A DNA stretch of 64,000 nucleotides from the NCBI GenBank assembly GCA_963749655.1, contig CAVVOB010000038.1, positions 32,001 to 96,000 on the forward strand, written 5' to 3'. A program made the translations under genes and the position numbers. Below, in pieces: positions 20,859 through 30,889 of this stretch. Source of the stretch: Nitrospirota bacterium (GTDB lineage Bacteria; Nitrospirota; UBA9217). How positions within the stretch are numbered: position 1 is the first letter of the stretch; the number at the start of each line of letters is the position of its first letter. The notes beneath the pieces are model-generated. The model was not told where the DNA came from. It did not search any database and saw nothing but the letters and a program-made list of their open reading frames with translations.

Positions 20859-23858
20859 ATGAAGAAATCAAAGGTGTCATCGGGCCGCTCAATACGCACC
20901 GTCCTGCTGACCGTCTTGCTCGTGCTCGGCGGTTGGGGATTCATTGCGTCGCTTCTGCAGATCGGCGGCAGCGTGCAGGCCTATCACGAGAGCCGCGATC
21001 TGGTCGACGGGGCCCGCGTCGCCGTTCGACTGCTGACCGCGGCCCAGCATCTTGCCTACGAACGCGGCCGCGCGGCCGTGGTCCTTCAGGCAGAAGGGAC
21101 TGTCTCGTCCAGAGACCGGTCGTTCCTCGATGAACGCAGACGGCTGGCCGACGCCTCCCTGGAGTCGGTCTTCGCCGCAGGAAGGAAACTGCCGGATGCC
21201 GGCTCTTCCGATGTTCTCGAAGAATGGCGGGCGGTACGGCAGTTACGGAGCGAGATCGACCGTGTTTTCGTCCTGCCCCGCGCCTCTCGCGATCCGGCGC
21301 TTGCATCCCGTTGGTTCGACGCCGCAAGCCGCATCATCAACACCATCCAGCGAACGACGGTGCGGCTCGTCGGATATTTTCCGCCCGGGGATATGACCAC
21401 GCGCCTGATGCTTCTGTCCTCGGCTGCGCTGGAATTGCGCATAACAGCAGACGCCGAAGCGTCTTATATCGCGCAGGCCTTATCAGCCGCACAGGCGCCG
21501 TCCGAAGAACGCCTGCTTTTCATTCATGAGTTGCGGGGGAGGGAAGACCGTCTTTGGCAGGAAGTAGACCGGCTGGCCGACTATACGAGGATCGAGTCGC
21601 TGAAAAGCGCAGCTGACGAGGTCAAGAAGCACCACTATGCGGTGTTTCGTCCTTTGCAGGACAAGACCCTGTCGGATCTGACATCCCGCAAACGATTTAT
21701 CGTTCCGCTCGCAAAACTTACCGCGGAATCGCTGCCGACGCTGGACGGAATATCGGACCTGATGACGCGGGCTGCAGAAGGAGCAGTGCGCCTCGCCGAC
21801 GAGGGCGTGCTGAAAACACGCCGGCTTCTGATCGAATTAATGGTATGGTCCGCATCCCTTCTTTTTGTGCTCCTCCTTTCCCTCCGGTATGTGGTGCGCC
21901 GCGTCGTCCAGCCCTTGGAGCAGGTGGACGGGGAGCTGCGCCGTCTGGGAGCGAGGCCTCTTGCCGGACCTGCCGGAAACGAGATCGACCGCCTCAAGGC
22001 CAGCGCCGAGGAGCTGAAGGTCAGCATGGCGGCCCGCGCCGAGGCCGAGGCAGGACTGAAAAGAGCCAACGACGACATGAGCACCCTCAATAAGGAGCTC
22101 GAAGCGCGCGTGGCCGACCGGACGGTCATGCTGCAGCAAGCCAACGACCGGCACCTCGTCGAATTGGCCGACCGGAAAAACGTCGAAGAAGCCTTGCGCA
22201 AGCGGGAGGCGGAACTGAACGAGTCCCAGCGGCTGGCGCACATCGGGAGCTGGGACTGGGACGCGGACAAGGACGTCATCTGGTGGTCCGACGAGTATTA
22301 CCGCATCTACGACATTGATACGGCGAAGCCGACGCCGAACTACGAGGAACACAAGCAGGCCTATACCGGGGAAAGCATTGCCCGGCTTGATGCCGCGGTG
22401 AAGCGAGCCATGGAGACCGGCGAGCCCTATGAACTCGATCTCGAGCTGGCGCACCCGACCGAAACGACGCGGTGGATCGTGGCCCGGGCGGAAGCAAAGC
22501 GCGATGAGAGCGGAAAGATTTGGGGACTGCGCGGCACTGCCCAGAACATAACCGAACGGAAGCGTACGGAAGCGGAACTGCGCGCTTCGGAACAGCGGCT
22601 CGCGCTGCATTTCATGCAGACGCCCCTCGGAGTCATAGAGTGGAATCTGAACTTTGAAGCCATGAAGTGGAACCCTGCTGCGGAAAAGATCTTCGGTTAT
22701 CGCCGGGACGAAGCGCTCGGTCGCCATGCGTCCCTGATCGTTCCAACGATCGCAAAAGAACACGTAGACCGGATCTGGAACGATCTTATTCGAACAGAAG
22801 GAGGCGCCCGCAGCACAAATGAGAATGTAACAAAAGAGGGGAAGCGTATTTTTTGCGAATGGTACAACACTCCGCTGGTCGACGAGGCCGGAAAGGTGAT
22901 AGGCGTCGCATCACTGGTTCAGGACGTCACCGATCGCAAGCAGGCGGAAGAAGAGATCGGAAAACTCAATGAACGCCTTGAGAAGCGCGTCGCCGAGCGC
23001 ACGTCCGAGCTTCAGAAAAAAAGCGACGAGCTGCGGGACAGCCAGATGGCGCTCACGAACATCGTGGAAGACCTGAACGATAAGACTGCGGAGCTGGAGC
23101 AGGCCAACGCAAAGCTCCAGGAGCTGGACCGCCTGAAGTCCCTGTTCATCGCCTCCATGAGCCATGAGCTCAGGACGCCGCTCAACTCCATCATCGGGTT
23201 CTCGAGCATCATGCTGAACGAATGGACCGGTCCGGTGACGGTTGAACAAAAGGAAAACCTCGGCGCGATCCTGCGGTCGGGAAAACACCTGCTGGCCCTT
23301 ATCAACGACGTGATCGACGTATCGAAGATCGAGGCCGGCAAGCTGGAGTCGGTCGCCGAAGCGTTCGATATCTGCGCGGTCGTATCGGAGACAGCCCAGG
23401 CTTTTAACCAGGATATCGAGAGCAAGAAGCTTGTGCTGAACGTTCGGGTTCCTCATCAACCGATGCGCACCGACCGCAGAAGGCTCCTTCAGTGCCTGCT
23501 GAACCTCGTGAGCAACGCCGTAAAGTTCACCGAGCAGGGAACGATCTCTGTCCGCGGCGCGGTGTCCGCCGACGGCCGGTGCATGGAACTCTCCGTCGAG
23601 GACACCGGGATCGGCATCAATGACGAAGACTTGAACAAATTGTTCGCGCCTTTTGTGCGGCTCGTTTCCTCACAAAGGACTGTGGTCCCGGGCACGGGCC
23701 TGGGCCTGTACCTTACGCGAAAGCTGGTCCGTGAAGTGCTGAAGGGAGACATCGTCGCAGCGAGCGTCCCGGGGAAAGGGAGCACCTTTTCTCTGATCGT
23801 GCCACTAGCAACGGAAGGAGGATATGATGCGCAAAGTGCTCGTGATCGAGGACAATGA
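20859..23858 (+). CDS. Sensor histidine kinase (NIT-like periplasmic domain, HAMP, 2 PAS, HisKA, HATPase)
   Basis: H-box SMSHELRTPLN; N-box NLVSNAVKFT; G1 DTGIGI; G2 GTGLGL. Periplasmic 'HLAYERG' resembles NIT domains (less certain). Confidence 0.92.
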   Translation: MKKSKVSSGRSIRTVLLTVLLVLGGWGFIASLLQIGGSVQAYHESRDLVDGARVAVRLLTAAQHLAYERGRAAVVLQAEGTVSSRDRSFLDERRRLADASLESVFAAGRKLPDAGSSDVLEEWRAVRQLRSEIDRVFVLPRASRDPALASRWFDAASRIINTIQRTTVRLVGYFPPGDMTTRLMLLSSAALELRITADAEASYIAQALSAAQAPSEERLLFIHELRGREDRLWQEVDRLADYTRIESLKSAADEVKKHHYAVFRPLQDKTLSDLTSRKRFIVPLAKLTAESLPTLDGISDLMTRAAEGAVRLADEGVLKTRRLLIELMVWSASLLFVLLLSLRYVVRRVVQPLEQVDGELRRLGARPLAGPAGNEIDRLKASAEELKVSMAARAEAEAGLKRANDDMSTLNKELEARVADRTVMLQQANDRHLVELADRKNVEEALRKREAELNESQRLAHIGSWDWDADKDVIWWSDEYYRIYDIDTAKPTPNYEEHKQAYTGESIARLDAAVKRAMETGEPYELDLELAHPTETTRWIVARAEAKRDESGKIWGLRGTAQNITERKRTEAELRASEQRLALHFMQTPLGVIEWNLNFEAMKWNPAAEKIFGYRRDEALGRHASLIVPTIAKEHVDRIWNDLIRTEGGARSTNENVTKEGKRIFCEWYNTPLVDEAGKVIGVASLVQDVTDRKQAEEEIGKLNERLEKRVAERTSELQKKSDELRDSQMALTNIVEDLNDKTAELEQANAKLQELDRLKSLFIASMSHELRTPLNSIIGFSSIMLNEWTGPVTVEQKENLGAILRSGKHLLALINDVIDVSKIEAGKLESVAEAFDICAVVSETAQAFNQDIESKKLVLNVRVPHQPMRTDRRRLLQCLLNLVSNAVKFTEQGTISVRGAVSADGRCMELSVEDTGIGINDEDLNKLFAPFVRLVSSQRTVVPGTGLGLYLTRKLVREVLKGDIVAASVPGKGSTFSLIVPLATEGGYDAQSARDRGQ

Positions 23859-24201
23859 GGACAATCTGAGGATCGTGACCTATGCGCTCCGGCGGGCGGG
23901 TTACGAAGTCGTTGCCGCTCAAAGCGGCGAAGCAGGGGTCGAAACGGCCTCGCGTGAAAGTCCGTCCTTCATCCTGATGGACATCAATCTGCCCGGCATC
24001 GACGGCATCGAAGCCACGAGGCGCATCCGGAGCTCGAAAGCCGACGGCGGCGTCCCGATCATCGCGATAACCTCCTACGCCATGAGCGGCGACCGGGACC
24101 GCATCATCGCGGCCGGATGCAGCGGGTACATCGAAAAACCGATTGACCCGATCAAGATCGTGGAGCAGATACACGCGATCCTGGAAAAGCCGGAGAAATG
24201 A
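23824..24201 (+). CDS. Single-domain response regulator (DivK/CheY-like)
   Basis: VLVIEDNEDN, ILMDINLPGIDG, IAITSYA, YIEKP. Confidence 0.93.
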   Translation: MMRKVLVIEDNEDNLRIVTYALRRAGYEVVAAQSGEAGVETASRESPSFILMDINLPGIDGIEATRRIRSSKADGGVPIIAITSYAMSGDRDRIIAAGCSGYIEKPIDPIKIVEQIHAILEKPEK

Positions 24202-24252
24202 CGGAGCGGGTAGGAGAGCGGAAAGGGCAGCCGCATCCCGGAGCAGATCAGT

Positions 24253-27036
24253 ATGAACATACTTATTGTTGACGACAACCGAGACGACAGAACGGTGCTC
24301 AGGTACATGGTTTCAAAGAACGGCCACCAATCGATCGAGGCGGCGGACGGCCTGGACGGCCTGAAAAAAGCGCGCAGCAGCAGGCCGGACCTGATCATTT
24401 CCGACGCCCTCATGCCCGTGATGGACGGCTTCCAGTTCCTGAGGCAGGTGAAACAGGACCCGGACCTTCGCACGATCCCGTTCATTTTCTATTCCTCCTC
24501 GTACAAGGATTACCAGGACGTTCGGCTTGCCGTTTCACTCGGCGCGGACGCCTACATCATTAAGCCGGTGGAGCCCGTCGAGTTGTGGCGGAAGATCGAA
24601 GATCTCTTGAAGGCCGGCAAGACGGCGGCGAACCCTCCCGTCCCGCTGATCAGGGAAGATGCGGAATACCTGAAGCGATACAGCGAGGTCGTGGCGACGA
24701 AGCTCGAAGAGAAGGTGCGGGAACTGGAACTGACCCTGGAAGGACGCAAGCGGGCTGAGGAGGCGCTTCGGGAAAGCGAACGGAAATACCGGCGGATCGT
24801 TGATACGGCCAGCGAAGGCATCGTGATGCTCGGCCCGGACGCCATGACCACTTTTGTGAACGCGAGGATGGCCGACCTGCTTGGCTATCGGATCGAGGAC
24901 ATGATCGGTCAACCGTTGACCGCTTTCATGTTCGATGAGGATGCTTCCGATCACCTCCGAACAATGGAGGCCCACCGCCTGGGCAAGACGGACCAATATG
25001 AACGCCGGTTCCGCTGCAGGGACGGACGGGCAGTCTGGACCCTGGTGTCGGCCGTGCCGGTCTTCGACGGCGAAAACAAGTTCAGCGGCTCCTTCGGGAT
25101 GTTCACCGACATCAGCACGCGCAAGAAAGCCGAAGAGGACCTGGAGAAAAACGAAAGATTTCTCAATAACATCGTGGAGAACATCCCAAACACGATTTTC
25201 GTCAAGGACGCCGAAACGCTGAGGTTCGTACGATTCAACAAGGCCGGCGAGCAGCTTCTGGGATACTCGCGGGACGAACTGCTCGGGAAAAGCGATTACG
25301 ACTTGTTTCCAAAGGAGATAGCGGATTTTTTTACCGCAAAGGACCGTGAAGTGCTCGGGGGAAAACTACTCGTCGATATTCCGGAAGAGTCAGTCAGGAC
25401 AAAGGACAAGGCCGAGCGCATCCTCCATACAAAAAAGATCCCGATCCTGGATGAAACCGGAAAGCCGCAATACCTCGTCGGGATATCCGAGGACATCACG
25501 GAGCGCAGGCGGGCCGAGGAGTCGATTCGCAAACTCTCCCAGGCGGTCGAACAAAGCCCGGTATCCATCATCATTACCAACGCTTCGGGCACAATCGAGT
25601 TCGTTAACTCCAAATTCACGGAGGCAACCGGCTATTCCCGCGCCGAGGCCCTGGGCCGGAATCCCCGCATGCTGAAGTCCGGCGAAACGCCGGCAGAGGA
25701 GTACCGGCGTCTCTGGAAGACCATCAGCTCGGGCGGGGTGTGGAGCGGCGAGTTCCACAATCGGAAAAAGAACGGCGAGCTGTTCTGGGAGCAGGCAACG
25801 ATCGCCCCGATCAGAAATGCCGACAACGTCATCACCCATTATGTCGCGGTCAAGGAGGACATCACCGGGCGCAAAAAACTCGAAGAACAGCTCCGCCAGG
25901 CCCAGAAGATGGAGGCCATCGGGACCCTTGCCGGCGGAGTGGCCCACGATTTCAACAACATCCTCACCGCGATCATCGGATACGGCACTCTCGTAAAGAT
26001 GAAGATGAAGCACGATGACCCGCAGCATCACCTGCTCGACCAGCTCCTGCTGTCATCGGAGCGGGCCGCAAATCTGACGCGGGGGCTCCTCGCTTTCAGC
26101 AGAAAGCAGGTCCTCAATCCGAAACCGGTCGACCTCAACGACATCGTAAAGAGCGTGGAAAGACTCCTCCGCAGGCTTATCGGCGAGGACGTCGAACTTG
26201 CTATTACGCTTGCCGATACAAATCTCATTGTAATGGCCGATGCCGGCCAGATCGAGCAGGTCCTCATGAACCTTGCTACCAATGCCCGGGACGCCATGCC
26301 GGAGGGGGGGGCGCTCTCCCTTACGACCGAGGACATCGATCTAAAGGAAGGGTTCATCGGCACCCACGGATCAGGCCGACCCCGGAAATATGCCCGGATC
26401 ACCGTTATCGACTCGGGCACCGGCATGGATGAGCAGACACGGGAAAAGATCTTCGATCCCTTTTTCACGACAAAGGAAGCGGGGAAAGGCACCGGCCTCG
26501 GGCTCGCGATCGTGTACGGGATCGTGAAACAGCACGACGGGATCATCAACGTGGAGAGCGAGGCGGGGAAGGGGACTGCGTTCAAGGTCTATCTGCCGCT
26601 CATCGCCACGACAACGGAGCAGGCGCCTGCTGAAACACTACCCCCGCCGCGGGGCGGCACGGAGACGATCCTTCTCGCCGAGGACGATCAGGACGTGCGA
26701 AATCTGACGAAACACGTGCTGCAGGATTTCGGCTACCGCGTCATCGCCGCACAGGATGGCCAGGAGGCCATAGACAGGTACACGGCGCAGGCGGACGATA
26801 TCGATCTCCTGATCCTGGACGTCATCATGCCGAAGAAAAGCGGCAGAGAGGTATACGACGCCGTCAAAGCGGTGCGCAGGGATGCGAACGTCCTTTTCGT
26901 CAGCGGGTATACCGCCGATGTCCTGCACAAGAAAGGCATGTTCGAAGAAGGGATCCAGTTCATTGCGAAGCCGGTGAGCCCCTCGGTGCTGCTGGAAAAG
27001 ATCCGCGAGGTCCTGGATAAGCACCCCTCCGGCTGA
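24253..27036 (+). CDS. Hybrid histidine kinase REC-PAS3-HisKA-HATPase-REC
   Basis: N-terminal receiver; three PAS; [19 protein letters not shown]; [10 protein letters not shown]; C-terminal receiver. Confidence 0.93.
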   Translation: MNILIVDDNRDDRTVLRYMVSKNGHQSIEAADGLDGLKKARSSRPDLIISDALMPVMDGFQFLRQVKQDPDLRTIPFIFYSSSYKDYQDVRLAVSLGADAYIIKPVEPVELWRKIEDLLKAGKTAANPPVPLIREDAEYLKRYSEVVATKLEEKVRELELTLEGRKRAEEALRESERKYRRIVDTASEGIVMLGPDAMTTFVNARMADLLGYRIEDMIGQPLTAFMFDEDASDHLRTMEAHRLGKTDQYERRFRCRDGRAVWTLVSAVPVFDGENKFSGSFGMFTDISTRKKAEEDLEKNERFLNNIVENIPNTIFVKDAETLRFVRFNKAGEQLLGYSRDELLGKSDYDLFPKEIADFFTAKDREVLGGKLLVDIPEESVRTKDKAERILHTKKIPILDETGKPQYLVGISEDITERRRAEESIRKLSQAVEQSPVSIIITNASGTIEFVNSKFTEATGYSRAEALGRNPRMLKSGETPAEEYRRLWKTISSGGVWSGEFHNRKKNGELFWEQATIAPIRNADNVITHYVAVKEDITGRKKLEEQLRQAQKMEAIGTLAGGVAHDFNNILTAIIGYGTLVKMKMKHDDPQHHLLDQLLLSSERAANLTRGLLAFSRKQVLNPKPVDLNDIVKSVERLLRRLIGEDVELAITLADTNLIVMADAGQIEQVLMNLATNARDAMPEGGALSLTTEDIDLKEGFIGTHGSGRPRKYARITVIDSGTGMDEQTREKIFDPFFTTKEAGKGTGLGLAIVYGIVKQHDGIINVESEAGKGTAFKVYLPLIATTTEQAPAETLPPPRGGTETILLAEDDQDVRNLTKHVLQDFGYRVIAAQDGQEAIDRYTAQADDIDLLILDVIMPKKSGREVYDAVKAVRRDANVLFVSGYTADVLHKKGMFEEGIQFIAKPVSPSVLLEKIREVLDKHPSG

Positions 27037-27139
27037 CAGGTCGGACCTGCCCGCCATCCGCCTCGCTTCATCCGTGGATGTGGAAAAATCCGTTGCCAAA
27101 ATAATCCTTCCTGAGTAAAATGGTCCCCATCTTTTCGCT

Positions 27140-27381
27140 ATCCCGCGCCCTGGCGTCTCCGGCACTGCCGGGGGTGGGACCCACCCTCATCCGGTCCTTC
27201 CCCCCGCGGGGGAAGGGCTGATGGACAAGGATAGTTCTATCCGCTTACTCGCGCGTGGCTGGAATGAGCCACGCAGACGCGAGTGTGCAGTCCCACCTGG
27301 CACTCCGTGCATCCGCACTCGTAAACGCCGGGTGCAGGCGGGAGGTCGCGTTATGATTTTGACTCCCGACAGGTCGGGATA
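27140..27381. repeat. Structured modular repeat, family C, copy 1
   Basis: 27293-27349 is identical to 38357-38413; flanking segments are similar to 38262-38445; contains a nested CCCTC...GAAGGG hairpin at 27184-27216. Confidence 0.85.
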
Positions 27382-27396
27382 CCTGAGGAGGCTCCG

Positions 27397-28017
27397 CTGG
27401 ATACGATCTTTTTTCTCAAGGGACTCATCATCGGTTTCGTCATCGCGGCGCCGGTCGGCCCTATCGGCGCTCTCTGCGCGCGCCGCACACTCATGTTCGG
27501 CAGGCGGGCCGGGTTCTTTTCCGGCATGGGCGCCGCAACGGCCGACGCGATCTACGGATTTGTGGCTGCCTTCGGCCTGACGCTCGTGTCTGACTTTCTC
27601 ATCGGCCACAATGTCCTTCTCAGGCTCCTGGGAGGCGTGCTGCTGTGCATTCTGGGAGTCAAGGCGCTGTTTGCCGATCCGAACCGGCAGCAGGACTTCC
27701 CGAAGACCTTCAGAAAATATGCAGGCATGTTCTCGTCGACGTTCTTCCTGACGTTGACCAATCCCATGACCATTTTTTCCTTTGGCGCCGTCTTTGTAGG
27801 CTTCGGGCTGGCGGGCGTCAGAGGGAGCGTTCTCTCCGCCGGGATTCTCATTCTCGGCGTCTTTCTGGGGTCGGCGCTCTGGTGGCTTTTTCTCGTGGGC
27901 CTCTTCAGTATTTACCAAAAGCGGTTTCACTCCGACCAGCTTCGCTGGGTGAACTACGTCTCCGGCGGCATCATCATCGCCTCGGGCATCCTTGCCCTCC
28001 TGAGCCTGGAGTGGTGA
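27397..28017 (+). CDS. LysE/RhtB family translocator (probable CTG start)
   Basis: The frame of ORF 27493-28017 extends upstream to (L)DTIFFLKGLIIGFVIAAPVGPIGALCARRTL, a typical LysE N-terminus; GAGGAGG precedes CTG 27397; LTLTNPMTI motif. Confidence 0.85.
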   Translation: MDTIFFLKGLIIGFVIAAPVGPIGALCARRTLMFGRRAGFFSGMGAATADAIYGFVAAFGLTLVSDFLIGHNVLLRLLGGVLLCILGVKALFADPNRQQDFPKTFRKYAGMFSSTFFLTLTNPMTIFSFGAVFVGFGLAGVRGSVLSAGILILGVFLGSALWWLFLVGLFSIYQKRFHSDQLRWVNYVSGGIIIASGILALLSLEW

Positions 28018-28200
28018 ACCATCAGGCGGCAACTCTTTTCACTCTTTTGCAGTCCCACACGATTTTCCTCAGTCCTTGCCTGACAAAGATGTAAATATTG
28101 TCTCCAAGCCCCGACATCAAACAGCTTCACATGCGGTTCGTTCTATAGTAGAATCATCGGGAACGGGGATTCACCGCAATCCGTAAAAAGGAGGGAAATC

Positions 28201-28572
28201 ATGAAGATCAGCATGGACGTAAAGAGTATAGAGTGGTGGTTCTGGGCCGTGACGTTTGCGTTCATCATCGCCGCGCTGTCCGGCTGGACGCCGGGATATG
28301 CAGCAGTCATGATCATAAGCGCTCTGCAGGTCGTCTATTTCAGCATCAGAACGGGAAGTCCGCGCTCTTTTCCCTCACAGGTGCGGATCGTCTACTTCGC
28401 CTGTACCCTACTTGGGTTCTGGGAGGTGGGAAGGATCTATTGGTATGCAGTTTTATTCTTGGGCACGGCAATGGTCGTCTTCTGCAACCGCTGCGGCATC
28501 GCGCTGGTTCTGAAATTGATGCCCTGGAACAAGGATCTGGAAAACCCGCAGTGCAAACTGCCGGGGGCATAG
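28201..28572 (+). CDS. Small integral membrane protein of unknown function
   Basis: AAGGAGG RBS; about 4 TMs; FPSQVR and CxxC-x-LMPWN motifs. Confidence 0.7.
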   Translation: MKISMDVKSIEWWFWAVTFAFIIAALSGWTPGYAAVMIISALQVVYFSIRTGSPRSFPSQVRIVYFACTLLGFWEVGRIYWYAVLFLGTAMVVFCNRCGIALVLKLMPWNKDLENPQCKLPGA

Positions 28573-28689
28573 GGAAGGACGAGAAGCCTTTTTTTTTAAT
28601 TCCGGGCTCCTGCCAAATAGTTTTGATTTCAGGATTGGGCGAGTTGAAATATTTCTATGGATGATGGTCTCGTAGAAAGAGGGATATAA

Positions 28690-28757
28690 GCCGCGGAGGG
28701 CGCGGAGGAACCATCCAATCTTCAAGTCCTTTCTCGGCGCCTCAGCGTCTCGGCGGT
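28690..28757. repeat. Palindromic intergenic element, family B
   Basis: GCCGCGGAGGGCGCGGAG...CTCGGCGCCTCAGCGTCTCGGCGG inverted arrangement. Confidence 0.65.
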
Positions 28758-28789
28758 GAATTTTTGTTTTTCTACGAATGCATCAAGCA

Positions 28790-28996
28790 TCAAGGATACT
28801 TCAGTTTTGAAGAAAGAGTGGACTCGTTGAAATGGGAATGGAGGACAGAGACTGGTACCGGGACAAACGGATCGACTGGGAGCGGGGAGGGCTGAAGGAT
28901 AGAAATGCGAAGAGACGCCGTTTTCCCTCGTTCCTCTGGTGGATCGCGGCTGCCGGTATTCTTCTCATGATCGCCGCTGTATTGCTCCGTTGGCAT
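28790..28996 (-). CDS. Small hypothetical protein (uncertain)
   Basis: 68-aa ORF between two repeats; no recognisable motif. Confidence 0.3.
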   Translation of the reverse strand: MPTEQYSGDHEKNTGSRDPPEERGKTASLRISILQPSPLPVDPFVPVPVSVLHSHFNESTLSSKLKYP

Positions 28997-29043
28997 TAGT
29001 CAGTTACGAGTGAAATTCTTCTCAAGGCGGCAAGAATATTCTT

Positions 29044-29166
29044 ACCGCGAAGGCGCAAGGAGCGCGAGGACGTCAAATACAACCAACAATACAAAGTCTT
29101 TCAGATTTCCTCGCGTCCTTCGCGTCTTCGCGGTTCAAAGGTTGTTTCCGGCTTGTCCGGGTTAGG
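29044..29166. repeat. Family B palindrome plus TTCCGGCTTGTCCGGGTTAGG end motif
   Basis: ACCGCGAAGGCGCAAGGAGCGCGAGG...CCTCGCGTCCTTCGCGTCTTCGCGGT; the end motif recurs inverted at 49900-49920. Confidence 0.75.
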
Positions 29167-29199
29167 TCCTGTCATCGGACCTGCAATCGATAATGTCCT

Positions 29200-29227
29200 G
29201 TAGGGGCGAACGGCCGTTCGCCCCTAC
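29200..29227. repeat. GTAG-type REP, perfect 28-bp palindrome
   Basis: GTAGGGGCGAACGG|CCGTTCGCCCCTAC. Confidence 0.85.
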
Positions 29228-29251
29228 GTAATGGATTCTTATCGGGTTCGG

Positions 29252-30559
29252 TTACGCCGTTGTCGTCTTTATGGTGAGCCGCCGCATCTCCTTCCTCTTT
29301 TCCTCCTTCCGGTCGTGCATGAAGAAAATGATCACCGTTCCGGCCGCGAGCAACAGTCCGGCCGCGGCAAAGGAAGCTGCGAACGATCCGCTTGCTGCTG
29401 AAAGCGATTCCGAGACCCTGCTCATCACCAGTCCGCCGAAGCCCCATGCCGTGAACAGCACTCCGTAGTTCACCCCGAAATGCTTCATGCCCCAGAGGTC
29501 CTTGGTGTATGACGGGAACAATGCCAGGTTCGCGCCGTAGTTGAACCCGATCAGCGTGGCGAGCAGAACGATAAGGACCGGGCTTGCAGACGAAGCTCCG
29601 GTCACGGCGATGGACGCGAACATGAGCACTGCCTGGAACGCGAAGAGCACCAGGAGCGTGTTCTTCCTGCCGATCCTGTCCGAGGCCATGCCCGCTGCGA
29701 TGCGGCCCGCGGCATTGCCGATCGCCAGGATGGCCACAGCGACAAAGGCGTTCTGGCCCATGCTGGCCTTGGCCATGCCCGCCATGCTTCCGATGACCAT
29801 GAGCCCGGCGCCGGCGCCGATGAAATAGAGCGTCCAGAGCACCCAGAAGAACGGCGTCCTGATCAGGTCCCGGGGGACGGCTTCCTGGTCCTGAACCTGC
29901 TTCCGTGCGTTCGGCGGCTCCGGGGCCCTTCTGCTGGTGAACGCCGGCTGCGGCACATAGCCTTCCGGAGGATTCTTCAGGAACAGGGACAGAAGACTGA
30001 CGACGAGGAAGAAGGCGATCCCGAAGAACAGCATGGCCCCCTCGATCCCCCGCGTTCTGAGAAGATACTGGGCAAGCGGCGCGATGTAGACCGAGGCGAG
30101 GCCGAATCCCGCAACCACGATCCCGCTGATCCTGCCGGTCCGGGCGGGGTGAAACCACTTGAGCGCGGCAGGCGTTGCGGCCGCATACCCGAAGGCGATC
30201 CCTGTTCCGGCAAGGACGCCGAACCCGAGCACCCAGCTCAGATAGGCCGTGGTCTGCGAGATCCAGACGAAGCCGGCGCCGACCAGCACGCCTCCGGCAA
30301 TGGCGGTGATGCGCGGCCCGAACCGGTCCTGGATCTTTCCCGCCGCGATCATCATGCAGGCGAACACGATGCAGCAGAGGGCATAGGGGTCATTGAGCGT
30401 GGCGGGGTCCCAGTTGAACGCGCCGGGGCCGCCGGTCTGGATCGATTGCTTGATGGCGCCTTTGAAGATGCTCCAGGTGTAGAGCACACCGAGCGCCAGA
30501 TTGATGCCGGTGCCTGCTGAGGTGACGATGATTCCCTGGTAGTTCCCGCGCGCGGTCAT
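29252..30559 (-). CDS. MFS transporter, OFA (oxalate/formate antiporter)-like
   Basis: GVLYTWSIF; GKIQDRFGPR; KWF...GRISGIVVAGFG; SDRIGRKN; NYGVLFTAWG. Confidence 0.9.
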   Translation of the reverse strand: MTARGNYQGIIVTSAGTGINLALGVLYTWSIFKGAIKQSIQTGGPGAFNWDPATLNDPYALCCIVFACMMIAAGKIQDRFGPRITAIAGGVLVGAGFVWISQTTAYLSWVLGFGVLAGTGIAFGYAAATPAALKWFHPARTGRISGIVVAGFGLASVYIAPLAQYLLRTRGIEGAMLFFGIAFFLVVSLLSLFLKNPPEGYVPQPAFTSRRAPEPPNARKQVQDQEAVPRDLIRTPFFWVLWTLYFIGAGAGLMVIGSMAGMAKASMGQNAFVAVAILAIGNAAGRIAAGMASDRIGRKNTLLVLFAFQAVLMFASIAVTGASSASPVLIVLLATLIGFNYGANLALFPSYTKDLWGMKHFGVNYGVLFTAWGFGGLVMSRVSESLSAASGSFAASFAAAGLLLAAGTVIIFFMHDRKEEKRKEMRRLTIKTTTA

Positions 30560-30800
30560 AGGGCCTCCCTTCGTGCTGTTCATTCTGCAAGAGCTGTCTT
30601 GCCCTAGAGAAAATGTAGCACAAAAAGGGAAAATACGACTTCAGCTGCGCGGTCCTGCAATGTTGTGCATTGAGATGAGTGTTTTCGCATCTGTCATGAG
30701 CCGAAAGGATTCTGTTTTTTCGGGCCGGCGCCGGGTAAAACGGCTGTTCGCATTATTTGCAAAGCAGGATGATTTCAGGTAAGGTATGTGCATCCGCAAG

Positions 30801-30877
30801 GAGCAGGGAGTGAGGAGTAAGGTGTCAAGACAGAGAGCAACGATCGTTCCCCTTACTCCTCACGTTTCACTCCTCAC
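30801..30877. repeat. Heptamer-unit inverted repeat (GGAGTGA/GGAGTAA versus TTACTCC/TCACTCC)
   Basis: GGAGTGAGGAGTAAGG ... CCTTACTCCTCAC...TCACTCCTCAC directly before the radical SAM gene. Confidence 0.6.
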
Positions 30878-30889
30878 CGGCTTCAAGAC

